A stretch of DNA of 64,000 bases from an uncultured Candidatus Peribacteria bacterium (GTDB lineage: Bacteria > Patescibacteriota > Gracilibacteria > UBA1369 > 2-02-FULL-48-14): contig CAZUWE010000005.1 in assembly GCA_964624175.1 (NCBI GenBank), forward strand, positions 5,731 to 69,730. The letters run 5' to 3'. The position numbers and the translations under genes were made by a program. The notes under the pieces are model-generated. The model did no database searches and was not told where the DNA came from. It was given only the letters and a program-made list of their open reading frames with translations. Below, piece by piece: positions 26,247 to 35,210 of the stretch (positions are counted from its first letter, which is position 1; the number at the start of each line of letters is the position of its first letter).

Positions 26247-27227
26247 TTAATCTTCGATGGCAAGGGCAAATCCTCGCTTTTCGAGTGCATCCGCCACTTC
26301 CGTGAGTGCCTTCTTTCCGAACCCGCGAAGGTTAGAAAGCTTAGACTCAGAGCACTTGGTGAGCTCTTCGATTGATCCGATGCCGCCGTTGATGAGGGCA
26401 TTGAGGGTTCGAGGAGAAAGTCCCAAGATCTCGATGGGAGTGTACGATTGTTGTTGAGGTTTAGCGCTGTCTTGTTCTGCTTGAGCCTTAGCTGCGATCT
26501 TTTCGAAATCGCTCATGAATTCAGGTTCAACAGGAGCTTGGTCACGGTTGAATAGATTGAAGTATGACTCGAGAACGTCTCCGGCAAACTTAAGAGCTTC
26601 GTCTGGAGTGAGAGATCCATTGGTCTTCACTTCGAGAAGGAGTTTGTCGAGGTCGGTCTTTTGTCCCACACGAGTTGCCTCGATGGTGTAGTGAATACGC
26701 TTGATAGGAGAGAATGCTGCATCGATTTCGATCATTTCTGCATCGCCATCCTTGCTATCACCAATGAGCGCTGCACGGTATCCCACACCCTTTTCGATGC
26801 GGATTTCCATATCGAGCACACCTCCCTTATCGAGAGTGGTGATGTAAAGGTCAGGGTTGTGGATAGTAACTCCAGATGGAAGATCAATGTCTCCAGCGGT
26901 CACTACTCCAGCCGTCTTAGCCTTCAAAGAAATCATACGAGTCTCACTTCCTTCCATGCTCAAAGCGAGCTGCTTAAGGTTGAGCATAATATCAAGAACG
27001 CTGTCTTTAACACCTTTCACCACGGTATATTCGTGCGTAATTCCCTTGATTTTGATTCCAGTCACAGCTGCACCAGGAAGCGAAGAAAGCATCACACGTC
27101 GCAAACCGTTCCCCAGAGTAGTCCCATAACCTTGCGGAAGTGGACTTACCGTGAACGTGGAGTGGAAATCTCCCATTTTCTGTTCAGAAATTTTTGGAAG
27201 ACCGATTTCTTCTTGGATGATATGCAT
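26247..27227 (-). CDS. rpoA: DNA-directed RNA polymerase alpha subunit
   Basis: PLPQGYGTTLGNGLRRVMLSSLPGAAVT is the N-terminal domain. The C-terminal domain reads IEILGLSPRTLNALINGGIGSIEEL. Confidence 0.95.
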   Translation of the reverse strand: MHIIQEEIGLPKISEQKMGDFHSTFTVSPLPQGYGTTLGNGLRRVMLSSLPGAAVTGIKIKGITHEYTVVKGVKDSVLDIMLNLKQLALSMEGSETRMISLKAKTAGVVTAGDIDLPSGVTIHNPDLYITTLDKGGVLDMEIRIEKGVGYRAALIGDSKDGDAEMIEIDAAFSPIKRIHYTIEATRVGQKTDLDKLLLEVKTNGSLTPDEALKFAGDVLESYFNLFNRDQAPVEPEFMSDFEKIAAKAQAEQDSAKPQQQSYTPIEILGLSPRTLNALINGGIGSIEELTKCSESKLSNLRGFGKKALTEVADALEKRGFALAIED

Positions 27228-27250
27228 AGCAAGAAGGTTAAGGTTATGGA

Positions 27251-27865
27251 TTACTTAGAATAGTACTCAACGATAAGTTGAGTTTCAATGAGCTGATCGA
27301 GGTCGGTGTCCTCAGGGAGGGCAGCAACTTCGGTCTTGAGAGCTTTTTGGTCAGACTTGAGCCAGCGAGCGTGGTCGAAGTCTTTATCCTCTTTAACGGC
27401 CATAAAGAGGGGGCTTTCTTTCAAGCGAGGGCGAACTTCGATAACGTCGTTCTCTCGAACTTGAATAGAAGGAACGGTAACTCGCGTTCCATTGAGCGTA
27501 AAGATTCCATGGCTCACCATTTGGCGAGCTTGGGCACGGGTTTTAGCAAATCCTCCACGGTAGATAACGTTGTCGATACGACGTTCAAGCATCTTCATGA
27601 GGTCGGTACCGGTAGCTCCTTTTGCAGCAGCTGCTTTGAGGTAGTAGTTACGGAGTTGTTTTTCCGTAATTCCGTACATGAGACGAAGCTTCTGTTTTTC
27701 AAGGAGTTGCTTCTTGTATTCAGAAGCCTTTCCAGCTCGAGCAGCACCGTGCATACCAGGTCCCTGAGGGCGCTTCTCCAAAAGTTTTCCCATCTTGGCA
27801 GTACCGAAGATGTCTACTCCGAAGCGTCGTACTAAGCGTCCTTTTGGTCCAGTGTATCGTGACAT
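27251..27865 (-). CDS. rpsD: 30S ribosomal protein S4
   Basis: MSRYTGPKGRLVRRFG...YGITEKQLRNYY...RIDNVIYRGGFAKTRAQARQMVSHG. Confidence 0.95.
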   Translation of the reverse strand: MSRYTGPKGRLVRRFGVDIFGTAKMGKLLEKRPQGPGMHGAARAGKASEYKKQLLEKQKLRLMYGITEKQLRNYYLKAAAAKGATGTDLMKMLERRIDNVIYRGGFAKTRAQARQMVSHGIFTLNGTRVTVPSIQVRENDVIEVRPRLKESPLFMAVKEDKDFDHARWLKSDQKALKTEVAALPEDTDLDQLIETQLIVEYYSK

Positions 27866-27886
27866 TTTTTAAGTAGAATTAAGGGG

Positions 27887-28345
27887 TTATACTCGTCGAG
27901 TGCGAGGTTGTCGGCATCCATTGTGAGGAACCGGCGTTGTATCAATAATGCGAACGATTGTGATTCCTTGTGCGATGAGACCGCGGAGTGCTTGTTCACG
28001 TCCGTGTCCAACACCCTTTACATAGATGTCTGCTTTTTCGAATCCGTATGCCTTTGCTTTTTCAGCTGCATTTTCAGCGGCCATTTGAGCGGCGAAAGGA
28101 GTTGCCTTCTTAGATCCTTTGAAACCACAGGTTCCAGAGGTAGACCAAGCGAGCACGTTCCCTTCACTATCGGTTACGGTTACAATCGTATTGTTGAATC
28201 CCGCGTTCACATACACATTTCCTGAAGTAACCGTCTTCTTCTTGCTTCGGCGTACGGTTTTCTTTTCACCTTCTGCAGGGGTAGCAGCATCAGTAGCGGC
28301 TCCAGCAGCTGGGTCTTGAACGGGATTGGTTGTTTCGTCGGTCAT
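27887..28345 (-). CDS. rpsK: 30S ribosomal protein S11 (with an ~25-aa Ala/Pro/Thr-rich N-terminal extension)
   Basis: [37 protein letters not shown]...[18 protein letters not shown]. Confidence 0.95.
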   Translation of the reverse strand: MTDETTNPVQDPAAGAATDAATPAEGEKKTVRRSKKKTVTSGNVYVNAGFNNTIVTVTDSEGNVLAWSTSGTCGFKGSKKATPFAAQMAAENAAEKAKAYGFEKADIYVKGVGHGREQALRGLIAQGITIVRIIDTTPVPHNGCRQPRTRRV

Positions 28346-28370
28346 AATAAAGTTATTTTTTTACGAAGGA

Positions 28371-28748
28371 TTATTTGGTTTCCTTAGCACGTCCGCTTCC
28401 CATGGTCATACGTCGTCCACGTTTGGTACGAGCGTTGGTCTTGGTTCGTTGTCCACGAACAGGGAGACGACGTTTGTGTCGGTTGCCACGGTACGATGCG
28501 ATGTCTTGGAGACGCTTCACATCCATTTGAATCTTTCGGCGAAGATCTCCTTCAGTACGAATCTTAGTGAGTGCATCACGGAGCTTAGCAAGGTCATCTT
28601 CAGTCAAATCCTTCACTTTGCGGTCGAGAGGAATGTTGAGCTCATTGAGAATGGTTTGTGCAAGGGGACGTCCAACTCCATAGATATAGGTAAGACCTAT
28701 AGCGATGCGTTTTTCCATGGGAAGTTGTACTCCAGCAAGACGGACCAT
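28371..28748 (-). CDS. rpsM: 30S ribosomal protein S13
   Basis: MVRLAGVQLPMEKRIAIGLTYIYGVGRPLAQTIL...SYRGNRHKRRLPVRGQRTKTNARTKRG. Confidence 0.95.
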   Translation of the reverse strand: MVRLAGVQLPMEKRIAIGLTYIYGVGRPLAQTILNELNIPLDRKVKDLTEDDLAKLRDALTKIRTEGDLRRKIQMDVKRLQDIASYRGNRHKRRLPVRGQRTKTNARTKRGRRMTMGSGRAKETK

Positions 28749-28771
28749 ATTAAAGATTGTTTATATAAAGA

Positions 28772-28885
28772 TTATCCCTGACGTTGTTTGTGCTTAGGGT
28801 TTTCACAAATGATACGAACCACACGCTTTCGGCGAATCTTGTGGCACTTTTCACAGATGGTTTTTACTGATGCACGTACTTTCAT
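28772..28885 (-). CDS. rpmJ: 50S ribosomal protein L36 (37 aa; below the ORF-track length cutoff)
   Basis: Manual translation of the minus strand gives [37 protein letters not shown] followed by a stop. The ATG overlaps the infA TGA (ATGA). Confidence 0.9.
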   Translation of the reverse strand: MKVRASVKTICEKCHKIRRKRVVRIICENPKHKQRQG

Positions 28886-29202
28886 TGTTGAGGTTGTTGT
28901 GGTTCTTCGGGTGAGGGAGCGGGTTCTGCAGCAGGAGCTTCTTGTGCGGCTGCTTCAGGTCCGGGTTGTCCCTTCTTATGGCGGAAAACAATACGTCCCT
29001 TATAGAGATCGTAAGGCGTTAGCTCAACGGTAACCGCATCTCCTGGAATGATTCGGATGTAATTGATCCGCATCTTTCCTGAGAGGTGACAAAGCACTAC
29101 GTGGTCCGTTGGGTATGCCGGGTCATCCAGTTTTACTTCGAAGGTAGCATTGGGGAGACACTCCACCACTATACCCTTCACTTGGATGACTTGTTTCGTC
29201 AT
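28882..29202 (-). CDS. infA: Translation initiation factor IF-1 with a ~29-aa Pro/Ala/Glu/Gln-rich C-terminal tail
   Basis: The S1-like core is [20 protein letters not shown]...[41 protein letters not shown]. It is followed by [29 protein letters not shown]. Confidence 0.9.
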   Translation of the reverse strand: MTKQVIQVKGIVVECLPNATFEVKLDDPAYPTDHVVLCHLSGKMRINYIRIIPGDAVTVELTPYDLYKGRIVFRHKKGQPGPEAAAQEAPAAEPAPSPEEPQQPQQ

Positions 29203-29232
29203 TAATACCCGTTTTAAGGTAAAAGCAGAGGG

Positions 29233-29261
29233 ATTCTACACGGCGGAAATGGCAATTGCAA
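29233..29261 (-). promoter_or_regulatory. Candidate promoter for infA-rpmJ-rpsM...
   Basis: The minus strand has TTGCAA (29261..29256), a 17-nt spacer and TAGAAT (29238..29233), about 30 nt upstream of the infA ATG. Confidence 0.45.
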
Positions 29262-29328
29262 GCTAATTTTATATTTTGTTTTCAGCCCTCCTTTCTATAC
29301 TATGTATTGGTTCACGTTTATTCACTCC

Positions 29329-30612
29329 ATGGCCAAAGAAAAGAAAAAAAAATCACTCCAAAAAGTCCTTACTCGTCAACGGGTTCAAGCGGGTCTTATG
29401 TTTGTCCTTGGTTTGCTTCTATTGAACCAAACCATTCAGTTTTATCGTTACAAAGATGAGCTCGCTTTTATCGACAGTTTAGAAGAGCGCAACAGTGAAG
29501 TGATCCAAGAAGTGAGCCAAAGTAAGGAGTATTTGAGCAGTTTTGGAGAAGACCTCAACAGCATTCGAGAGTTTTTGCTTCTTCCAACCAAGGATTACGA
29601 CTTTGGGGAAGGGGACGAGGTGATCTTAAGTGAAGAAGACACTGAAGAAGATTTGACCACGCAACTTTTTACTTTTGTGGAGAAGCTCGGAACCTATGAA
29701 AAAAATCAAGATCGTTACGAAAGCAACTTGTCTACTTTTCAAGCTGCACTCAGCGATGGTTTTTGGGCGAGCAAAGGTCTCTCCGTAGATAGTGGACAGC
29801 AGACCTCAGAAGCGATGGTTTTCAGTTTCAAAGACAGCACACTCAATAATGTTGAAGTTTTTGCGGTAGAGCTCGGTTACGACGGAATTTTTTCAGTCGA
29901 TTCCTTGGACGATTCTTGGAAGTTTGACGACAAGGAAACCGCCACCAGTGTAGTAGAGGAGTTACAAACTTTGGTGGACAGTGATCTGGAGGAATTGCGT
30001 GCACAAGTTAAGACCGTTGAAGCGGCGCGAGCAAGCGCCGCCGCTTGGGTTGCTTCTCAAACGGTGAAGGACGCCCTAACGGCAAAGGCCTTAACGGTGT
30101 CTACTGAGCTATCTGCTCCTGGAGAGTACCGTTACGAAATCAAAAATTCAGATTCTGAAGCAGTTGCTGAATTGAGCGTTTCCCAAACGGATGGGAAAAC
30201 AACGCTCACCATTGCCAAAGTGCTTGCGGATTACCCAGAAAATAACGTGTTAACAGATGAAGCTGCTTTGCTTGACGCTATTCAAAACGGGATGGAGAAT
30301 CGCAGTGAACGATCTATTTTGGTGGATCAACGTGAAAAAGAGATGGAGTCTGTATTTGCAGACCGTGCCTTCAAAGCGGTCCTGGGTGAACTTGACCTGC
30401 AGATGGGAATTAAAAACGAGACGGAGTCACGCATCTCTTACCCCATCATGCGTGTAGATGGACAGGTTCTTCGTGTTATTTATATCGATAAAGCCTCAGG
30501 GGAAGTGAAAGTAGAGATGCCCGATGGAACAGAAAACCAAAGCCTCTCGATGGCTATTGAAGCCATTGATCTGACGGGTAAAAAAAAACTTTCGACCCAT
30601 CTGTGGTCTTGA
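29329..30612 (+). CDS. Membrane-anchored hypothetical protein; probable N-terminal part of a frameshift-interrupted LCP protein
   Basis: I prefer the start MAKEKKKKSLQK at 29329. It has a single TM helix (VQAGLMFVLGLLLLNQTIQF) and then an acidic extracytoplasmic region. It ends just after an A9 run (GGT AAA AAA AAA CTT ... TGA). Confidence 0.6.
   Translation: MAKEKKKKSLQKVLTRQRVQAGLMFVLGLLLLNQTIQFYRYKDELAFIDSLEERNSEVIQEVSQSKEYLSSFGEDLNSIREFLLLPTKDYDFGEGDEVILSEEDTEEDLTTQLFTFVEKLGTYEKNQDRYESNLSTFQAALSDGFWASKGLSVDSGQQTSEAMVFSFKDSTLNNVEVFAVELGYDGIFSVDSLDDSWKFDDKETATSVVEELQTLVDSDLEELRAQVKTVEAARASAAAWVASQTVKDALTAKALTVSTELSAPGEYRYEIKNSDSEAVAELSVSQTDGKTTLTIAKVLADYPENNVLTDEAALLDAIQNGMENRSERSILVDQREKEMESVFADRAFKAVLGELDLQMGIKNETESRISYPIMRVDGQVLRVIYIDKASGEVKVEMPDGTENQSLSMAIEAIDLTGKKKLSTHLWS
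30580..30588 (+). repeat. A9 homopolymer: candidate slippery / phase-variable site
   Basis: Nine consecutive A residues. The downstream LCP reading frame is open from the TAA at 30579..30581, so one extra A, or a -1 slip, joins the two ORFs. Confidence 0.6.
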
Positions 30613-31454
30613 GTTCTTCAGGAGAAATCGTGGATGACCCTGCGCATTTCAACATTTTGGTGATGGGGAAGCACGGTAGCAATGTGGATACGATGATTTT
30701 CACGAACATCAATTCAGATACTCGTGAGATCACTATGATCAGTATCCCTCGTGATCTCTATTTCAACGGGCGAAAAATCAACGGTGTCTATGCGCAGTAC
30801 GGAGTAGAGGAGCAGGTTAGCTGGGTGGAGGAAGTGGTTGGACAGCGTATAGACAACTATATTTTGATCGACATGTATGTGTTCCGTGACGTCATTGACC
30901 TGATGGGGGGAGTGGATGTTACCCTGAAAGAGGACCTTGTTGATCCCACTTATAAAACCTGTGACGACGGAGTTTGTAGTACTCTTTACTACGAGGCAGG
31001 GGAACATCACCTAAACGGAACAGAGGCCTTGCGCGTAGCTCGGTCTCGCCACACCACCTCAGACTACTCTCGTGCAGAACGCCAACAGCTCATTTTGGAG
31101 GGACTTAAAGAAAAAGCCATGGGCCTAGGGATTGGGGATGCGGATACCTTGATGTCTATTCTCTCCACGGTGATCGATTCTACTGAGACCGATATATCTG
31201 TAGATAGCGCTCTTCGCTACTACTTCCGCTATCAAAATTATACTTTGAACGACGGTTATGTGATTTCAACGGCCAATGTGCTCGATGCCGTTCCGGTACC
31301 CGTGAGCTACGTAACTTCCCATCCCATCAAGACCTGCTTAGACGAAAGCAAACCTGAAACTTGTAGTGAAAGCTATGCCATCGACACCTTGATGCCCATG
31401 AATGGCGATTGGGGGCTCATCCGTGGGTATGTTGAACAAATCTTGGCAGAGTAG
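30603..31454 (+). CDS. LytR-CpsA-Psr (LCP) family cell-wall polymer ligase domain, lacking its own anchor
   Basis: FNILVMGKHGSNVDTMIFTNINSDTREITMISIPRDLYFNGRKINGVYAQYG and LNGTEALRVARSRHTTSDYSRAERQQLILEGL are LCP hallmarks. There is only a GTG start and no signal or TM segment. Confidence 0.8.
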   Translation: MVLSSSGEIVDDPAHFNILVMGKHGSNVDTMIFTNINSDTREITMISIPRDLYFNGRKINGVYAQYGVEEQVSWVEEVVGQRIDNYILIDMYVFRDVIDLMGGVDVTLKEDLVDPTYKTCDDGVCSTLYYEAGEHHLNGTEALRVARSRHTTSDYSRAERQQLILEGLKEKAMGLGIGDADTLMSILSTVIDSTETDISVDSALRYYFRYQNYTLNDGYVISTANVLDAVPVPVSYVTSHPIKTCLDESKPETCSESYAIDTLMPMNGDWGLIRGYVEQILAE

Positions 31455-31507
31455 ACACTCGCAAAATTTTCAAAAAAAGCGTATAATAAAAAGATTAATT
31501 TTAGCTT

Positions 31508-33793
31508 ATGAGAAAAACCCTCTCTGCTTTTGCGCTCGTGATTCTGCTGACGGTCTTTTTTATGTTTTCCCACAGTGACTACTACCTCGCTGCCTTTACG
31601 CCAATGGATTCCAATGCCATAACCATTCAAGTGCTCAGCACGGAGGACAGCGATCCAGTCATAAAGGATCTTTTTGGGGTGATTGCTGGCCCCGACCCTT
31701 CGATGGGTAACCCTTACCCCAATCTGACCGAGCACTTCCACGATGTAGGAGTAACGGCTGTTCGAAACAACGACTATTTTGATGACCGCTTGGATATTGA
31801 GCTGATGTTCAACTGCGGCGGACCTAAATACCCTTCTTGGGAAAATTGTGACCCAAACGACCCTGCTAACTACAACTGGGAGATCAGCGACGCTCAGTTT
31901 CAAAGTTGGATTGATGGGGGATTTGAGCCCTTCCTACGCTTGGGAGGCGAGTCCGCAAATGTGAATGAAATCTATAGTTTTTACGGACCACAAAATACCG
32001 TGCAAGAAGATAATTGGATCGTTGCTGCAAAAAATGTGACCGCTCGTTATCTTTATTGGCAGGGAGAGGGTCCACGATATAAATATGGAGACATTTGGAC
32101 TGAATTCCCAGGGAAGTTTTGGGATCGCAGTGATGAGGAGTTCTTAGCTTTCTTCTTAAAAGCTTACCAAGCTCTTCGCAGCGAGTATCCTGAAATCAAG
32201 TGGGGAGGGCCTGGATTCCACGCGCAGGTCTCTATAGACGTTCTCAATGGAGATGGAGGTTTAGCCTTGCAGCTCCTGACCCAAATGTACGAAGAGAAAA
32301 TTCCTCTGGATTGGCTCGGCTGGCACCTATTTGCCAACCAACCTGCTCGATGGGGTGCGGTTGCAGCTGCTTACCAAGACTTGCTGCTCGGAGAAGGGGA
32401 CTACGCCAATGTGCCTTGGGCCAATGATGGTTACTACGATAACACCGAGGTGATTGTGGATGCCTATGGACTTGATCCTACTTACACGGTGAACCTCACG
32501 GCTGAAGAAACCGATGCCTTTTATAATGGGGCACAGGCCAGTGCTATTTTGACGGGTGCCTTCATTCAAATGCAGTATGCAGATTTGGATGGAGCCTACT
32601 ACTACCGTGGTGGAGACATCGGAGAACAGGAAAGCCGCAGTGGACTTTTCCATGGGGATGAAGCTGGGAGCTATAAGCCACTTTCATACGCGTTTAAGCT
32701 CTGGTCTACCTTATATAAGAACTATCCTATGCTTTATAATGTAGAGCTTTCTCAGGAAGGTAAGCTGTTTGTTATGGCCGGAAAGAACGACCAGGGGCAA
32801 ACCGCTTTGCTCATCACTAATCCAACAGACTCAGAACTCAGTTGGGCTATCAAGGGAAAAAGGTTGAGTTTCACTTATTATCAAGTGGACGACACGCTCA
32901 CCGGTAGCGAGCCTCTGGTTGGTAGCAACTCGAGAGGTAGTATTCCCGCTTATGGAGTACAGTACGTTATTTTGAGCAGTGGAACGGGAGTGACACCGGT
33001 TAAACCCGTGGCACCCAGCACGCCAATCGAGCCAAGCGATTCTGTAGATCCGGTAGATCCAGTGGGCCCTACGGACCCTGTGTCGCCAAGTGAGCCCAGC
33101 GATCCTACTGAACCCGCTGATCCTGCTGAACCAGTGGACCCTACGGATTCTGGCGTGCCCGCCGAACCAACCGATACAAGCACCTCTACCAGTAGTGGAG
33201 GAGGGGGTGGGGGATCATCCTCAAGTTCAAACACCAGCGCACACCAAGAATCCGTTTGTGACGAGAGTCCGTTCACGGATATAGATGGGCACTGGGGAGA
33301 GGACTACATTGCAGACCTTTACTGTGATGGAGCCGTACAGGGGAAGAGCAGCACGATTTTTGCTCCCAACGACAGCGCGACTCGTGCTGAGCTAGTGAAA
33401 ATTGCCCTTTTGGGCGCGGACGTAGATATTTCCGATTCAGCCACTGAGCCTTTCACTGATGTGAGCAGCAAAGACTGGTTCTACTCTGTCGTCGCTACCG
33501 CCTATGAGGAAGACTTTGTGGAAGGATATTCTACCGGTGAATTTAAACCCAATAGTGCTGTAAACCGAGCGGAAGCTTTGGTGATTTTGCTTCGAATCTT
33601 TGAAGTCGATACTCAAAGCGGATCTAGCTCACCGTTCAAAGATGTGAGTACCTCTGCTTGGTACTTTCCTGCCGTCTATACCTCTTATATGAAAGGGATC
33701 GTGGAAGGTTATAGCGATGGTACCTTTGGGGCTGCTAAAAACATCAGCCGCGCCGAAATAGCTGCACTGGTGGTGAGAATGCAAGAGGACTAA
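31508..33793 (+). CDS. Secreted enzyme-like protein (possible clan GH-A TIM-barrel glycoside hydrolase) with a Pro-rich linker and three SLH domains
   Basis: Signal/anchor [16 protein letters not shown]. The candidate acid/base region is [10 protein letters not shown]. The linker is [54 protein letters not shown] units read [24 protein letters not shown]...[11 protein letters not shown]; [26 protein letters not shown]...[11 protein letters not shown]; [26 protein letters not shown]...[11 protein letters not shown]. The hydrolase assignment is weak. Confidence 0.6.
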   Translation: MRKTLSAFALVILLTVFFMFSHSDYYLAAFTPMDSNAITIQVLSTEDSDPVIKDLFGVIAGPDPSMGNPYPNLTEHFHDVGVTAVRNNDYFDDRLDIELMFNCGGPKYPSWENCDPNDPANYNWEISDAQFQSWIDGGFEPFLRLGGESANVNEIYSFYGPQNTVQEDNWIVAAKNVTARYLYWQGEGPRYKYGDIWTEFPGKFWDRSDEEFLAFFLKAYQALRSEYPEIKWGGPGFHAQVSIDVLNGDGGLALQLLTQMYEEKIPLDWLGWHLFANQPARWGAVAAAYQDLLLGEGDYANVPWANDGYYDNTEVIVDAYGLDPTYTVNLTAEETDAFYNGAQASAILTGAFIQMQYADLDGAYYYRGGDIGEQESRSGLFHGDEAGSYKPLSYAFKLWSTLYKNYPMLYNVELSQEGKLFVMAGKNDQGQTALLITNPTDSELSWAIKGKRLSFTYYQVDDTLTGSEPLVGSNSRGSIPAYGVQYVILSSGTGVTPVKPVAPSTPIEPSDSVDPVDPVGPTDPVSPSEPSDPTEPADPAEPVDPTDSGVPAEPTDTSTSTSSGGGGGGSSSSSNTSAHQESVCDESPFTDIDGHWGEDYIADLYCDGAVQGKSSTIFAPNDSATRAELVKIALLGADVDISDSATEPFTDVSSKDWFYSVVATAYEEDFVEGYSTGEFKPNSAVNRAEALVILLRIFEVDTQSGSSSPFKDVSTSAWYFPAVYTSYMKGIVEGYSDGTFGAAKNISRAEIAALVVRMQED

Positions 33794-34570
33794 CTACATC
33801 TTTCTTTCTCCCTCACGCAAAGTGAGCACTTCATGTCCCTTCTCTGTGATGAGCAGGGTGTGTTCGTGTTGGATAGCTAGTGAGCCGTCAGAAGTGATGA
33901 TGGTCCAGTCGTCGTCGAGAGTCTCTATTTCAGGGCGACCGTTACAGATTATAGGTTCAATAGCGATGCACATTCCAGGCACGAGTTCTTCTCCTTCACC
34001 CGGTTCGCCATAGTTGCAGATGTAGGGAGGCTCATGGAGGGTGGTCCCAATTCCATGTCCGGTGAGTTCTTTGATCACACTGAAGCCGGCTCCTTCCACG
34101 ACACTTTGCACCGCATGGCCGATGTCTCCCACATGGTTGCCGGGTTTAACTTGTGCCACTCCGGCCCAAAGGGCACGGATACAGGTGTCTACGAGGCGCT
34201 GCGCTTCTGGCACGGTTTCTCCTCCCACCACAGCAGCAATCGCTGAGTCGCTGTTCATTCCATCGTACAAAACCCCACAGTCTATCGAGATGATGTCTCC
34301 TTTTTGCATGGGGATCTTGTTGGGAAAGGCATGCACCACTTCATCGTTCACCGAAGTGCACAGAATATAAGGGTAGCCGTTGTAACCGCGGAAGCCAGGT
34401 TGTGCGTTGTACTTTTTAAAGAGTTCTTCCGCCTTCATTTCCAAATCCATGGTGCTCATTCCAGGTTCCATGTACTTTTCCAGTTCTGCCAAAATAATAC
34501 CTAAAAGTCGGCATGATTCACGCATAGCCTTGATCTGATTCGGCGTCTTGATGCTTATTTTTCCTCGCAT
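33794..34570 (-). CDS. map: Methionine aminopeptidase, type I
   Basis: VVHAFPN, DIISIDCGV, GHGIG and IAIEP metal-ligand context motifs are present. 258 aa. Confidence 0.93.
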   Translation of the reverse strand: MRGKISIKTPNQIKAMRESCRLLGIILAELEKYMEPGMSTMDLEMKAEELFKKYNAQPGFRGYNGYPYILCTSVNDEVVHAFPNKIPMQKGDIISIDCGVLYDGMNSDSAIAAVVGGETVPEAQRLVDTCIRALWAGVAQVKPGNHVGDIGHAVQSVVEGAGFSVIKELTGHGIGTTLHEPPYICNYGEPGEGEELVPGMCIAIEPIICNGRPEIETLDDDWTIITSDGSLAIQHEHTLLITEKGHEVLTLREGERKM

Positions 34571-35205
34571 GGGAAGTGGGGTTTGAGGACTTCAATGATA
34601 TCCTTGGTCACCCCTTCAATCGCTTGTTCTCCCTTCACCACCAGCATCTTGCCTTGAGTCTTGTAAGCCTCAATAACAGGAACGGTCTTTTGCATGAAGG
34701 TATCGATGCGCACGCGGATGGCATCGGGTGTGTCATCCTGGCGGGTGATGAGCGTGCTGCCATCTTTTTCACAGGTTTCTGCCGTGTACGCTGCAGGATA
34801 AATGGTCTTGCAGCTGGGACACATGCGGCGCGTCGTGAGACGCTTGAGTGCTTCTGCTTCGGAGAGCTCAATCAGCAGGCCCATGAAACTTCGGCCTTCG
34901 CGCGCCATGAGCTCATCGAAGAGTTTTTGTTGATCGTCACTGCGAGGAATTCCGTCGAAAAGAGCAGCCTTACCAGCAGGAAGATTGTGAAGAAAGTCCG
35001 CGATGATTTCCATCACCACTTCGGTGGGCACCAAATGCCCCGCTTCGATAATCCCTTTCACTTTGAGTCCAAGTTCGCTGTTCTCACTAGCGAGACGGCG
35101 AAGCTCAGCTCCCGTTTCAAATATCTGAAGTCCGCAGCGCTCTGCAATCAACTTACTTTGTGTGCCTTTTCCAGAGCCCTGAATTCCAAATAAAACGAGA
35201 TCCAT
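34555..35205 (-). CDS. adk: Adenylate kinase (long form with a Cys3-Asp type lid)
   Basis: P-loop FGIQGSGKGTQ. The lid reads RRMCPSCKTIY...TCEKDGSTLITRQDD. Confidence 0.93.
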   Translation of the reverse strand: MDLVLFGIQGSGKGTQSKLIAERCGLQIFETGAELRRLASENSELGLKVKGIIEAGHLVPTEVVMEIIADFLHNLPAGKAALFDGIPRSDDQQKLFDELMAREGRSFMGLLIELSEAEALKRLTTRRMCPSCKTIYPAAYTAETCEKDGSTLITRQDDTPDAIRVRIDTFMQKTVPVIEAYKTQGKMLVVKGEQAIEGVTKDIIEVLKPHFPCEEK

Positions 35206-35210
35206 GTTGT

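Noticed and set aside
31451-31470. A third copy of the shared intergenic motif (GTAGACACTCGCAAAATTTT) upstream of the SLH enzyme gene.
   Set aside because: Only about 10 contiguous nt (ACTCGCAAAA) match copy A, and the order of the sub-elements differs. It is mentioned under the motif finding but is too weak to annotate as a feature.
33000-33180. Imperfect short tandem repeats (GATCC/GACCC...GTNGA) here and the Ser/Gly/Asp-coding repeats at about 11985..12110, considered as CRISPR-like or satellite repeats.
   Set aside because: Both lie in-frame within long ORFs and encode Pro-x-(D/E)-Pro and Ser/Gly/Asp linkers between domains. There is no repeat-spacer architecture.
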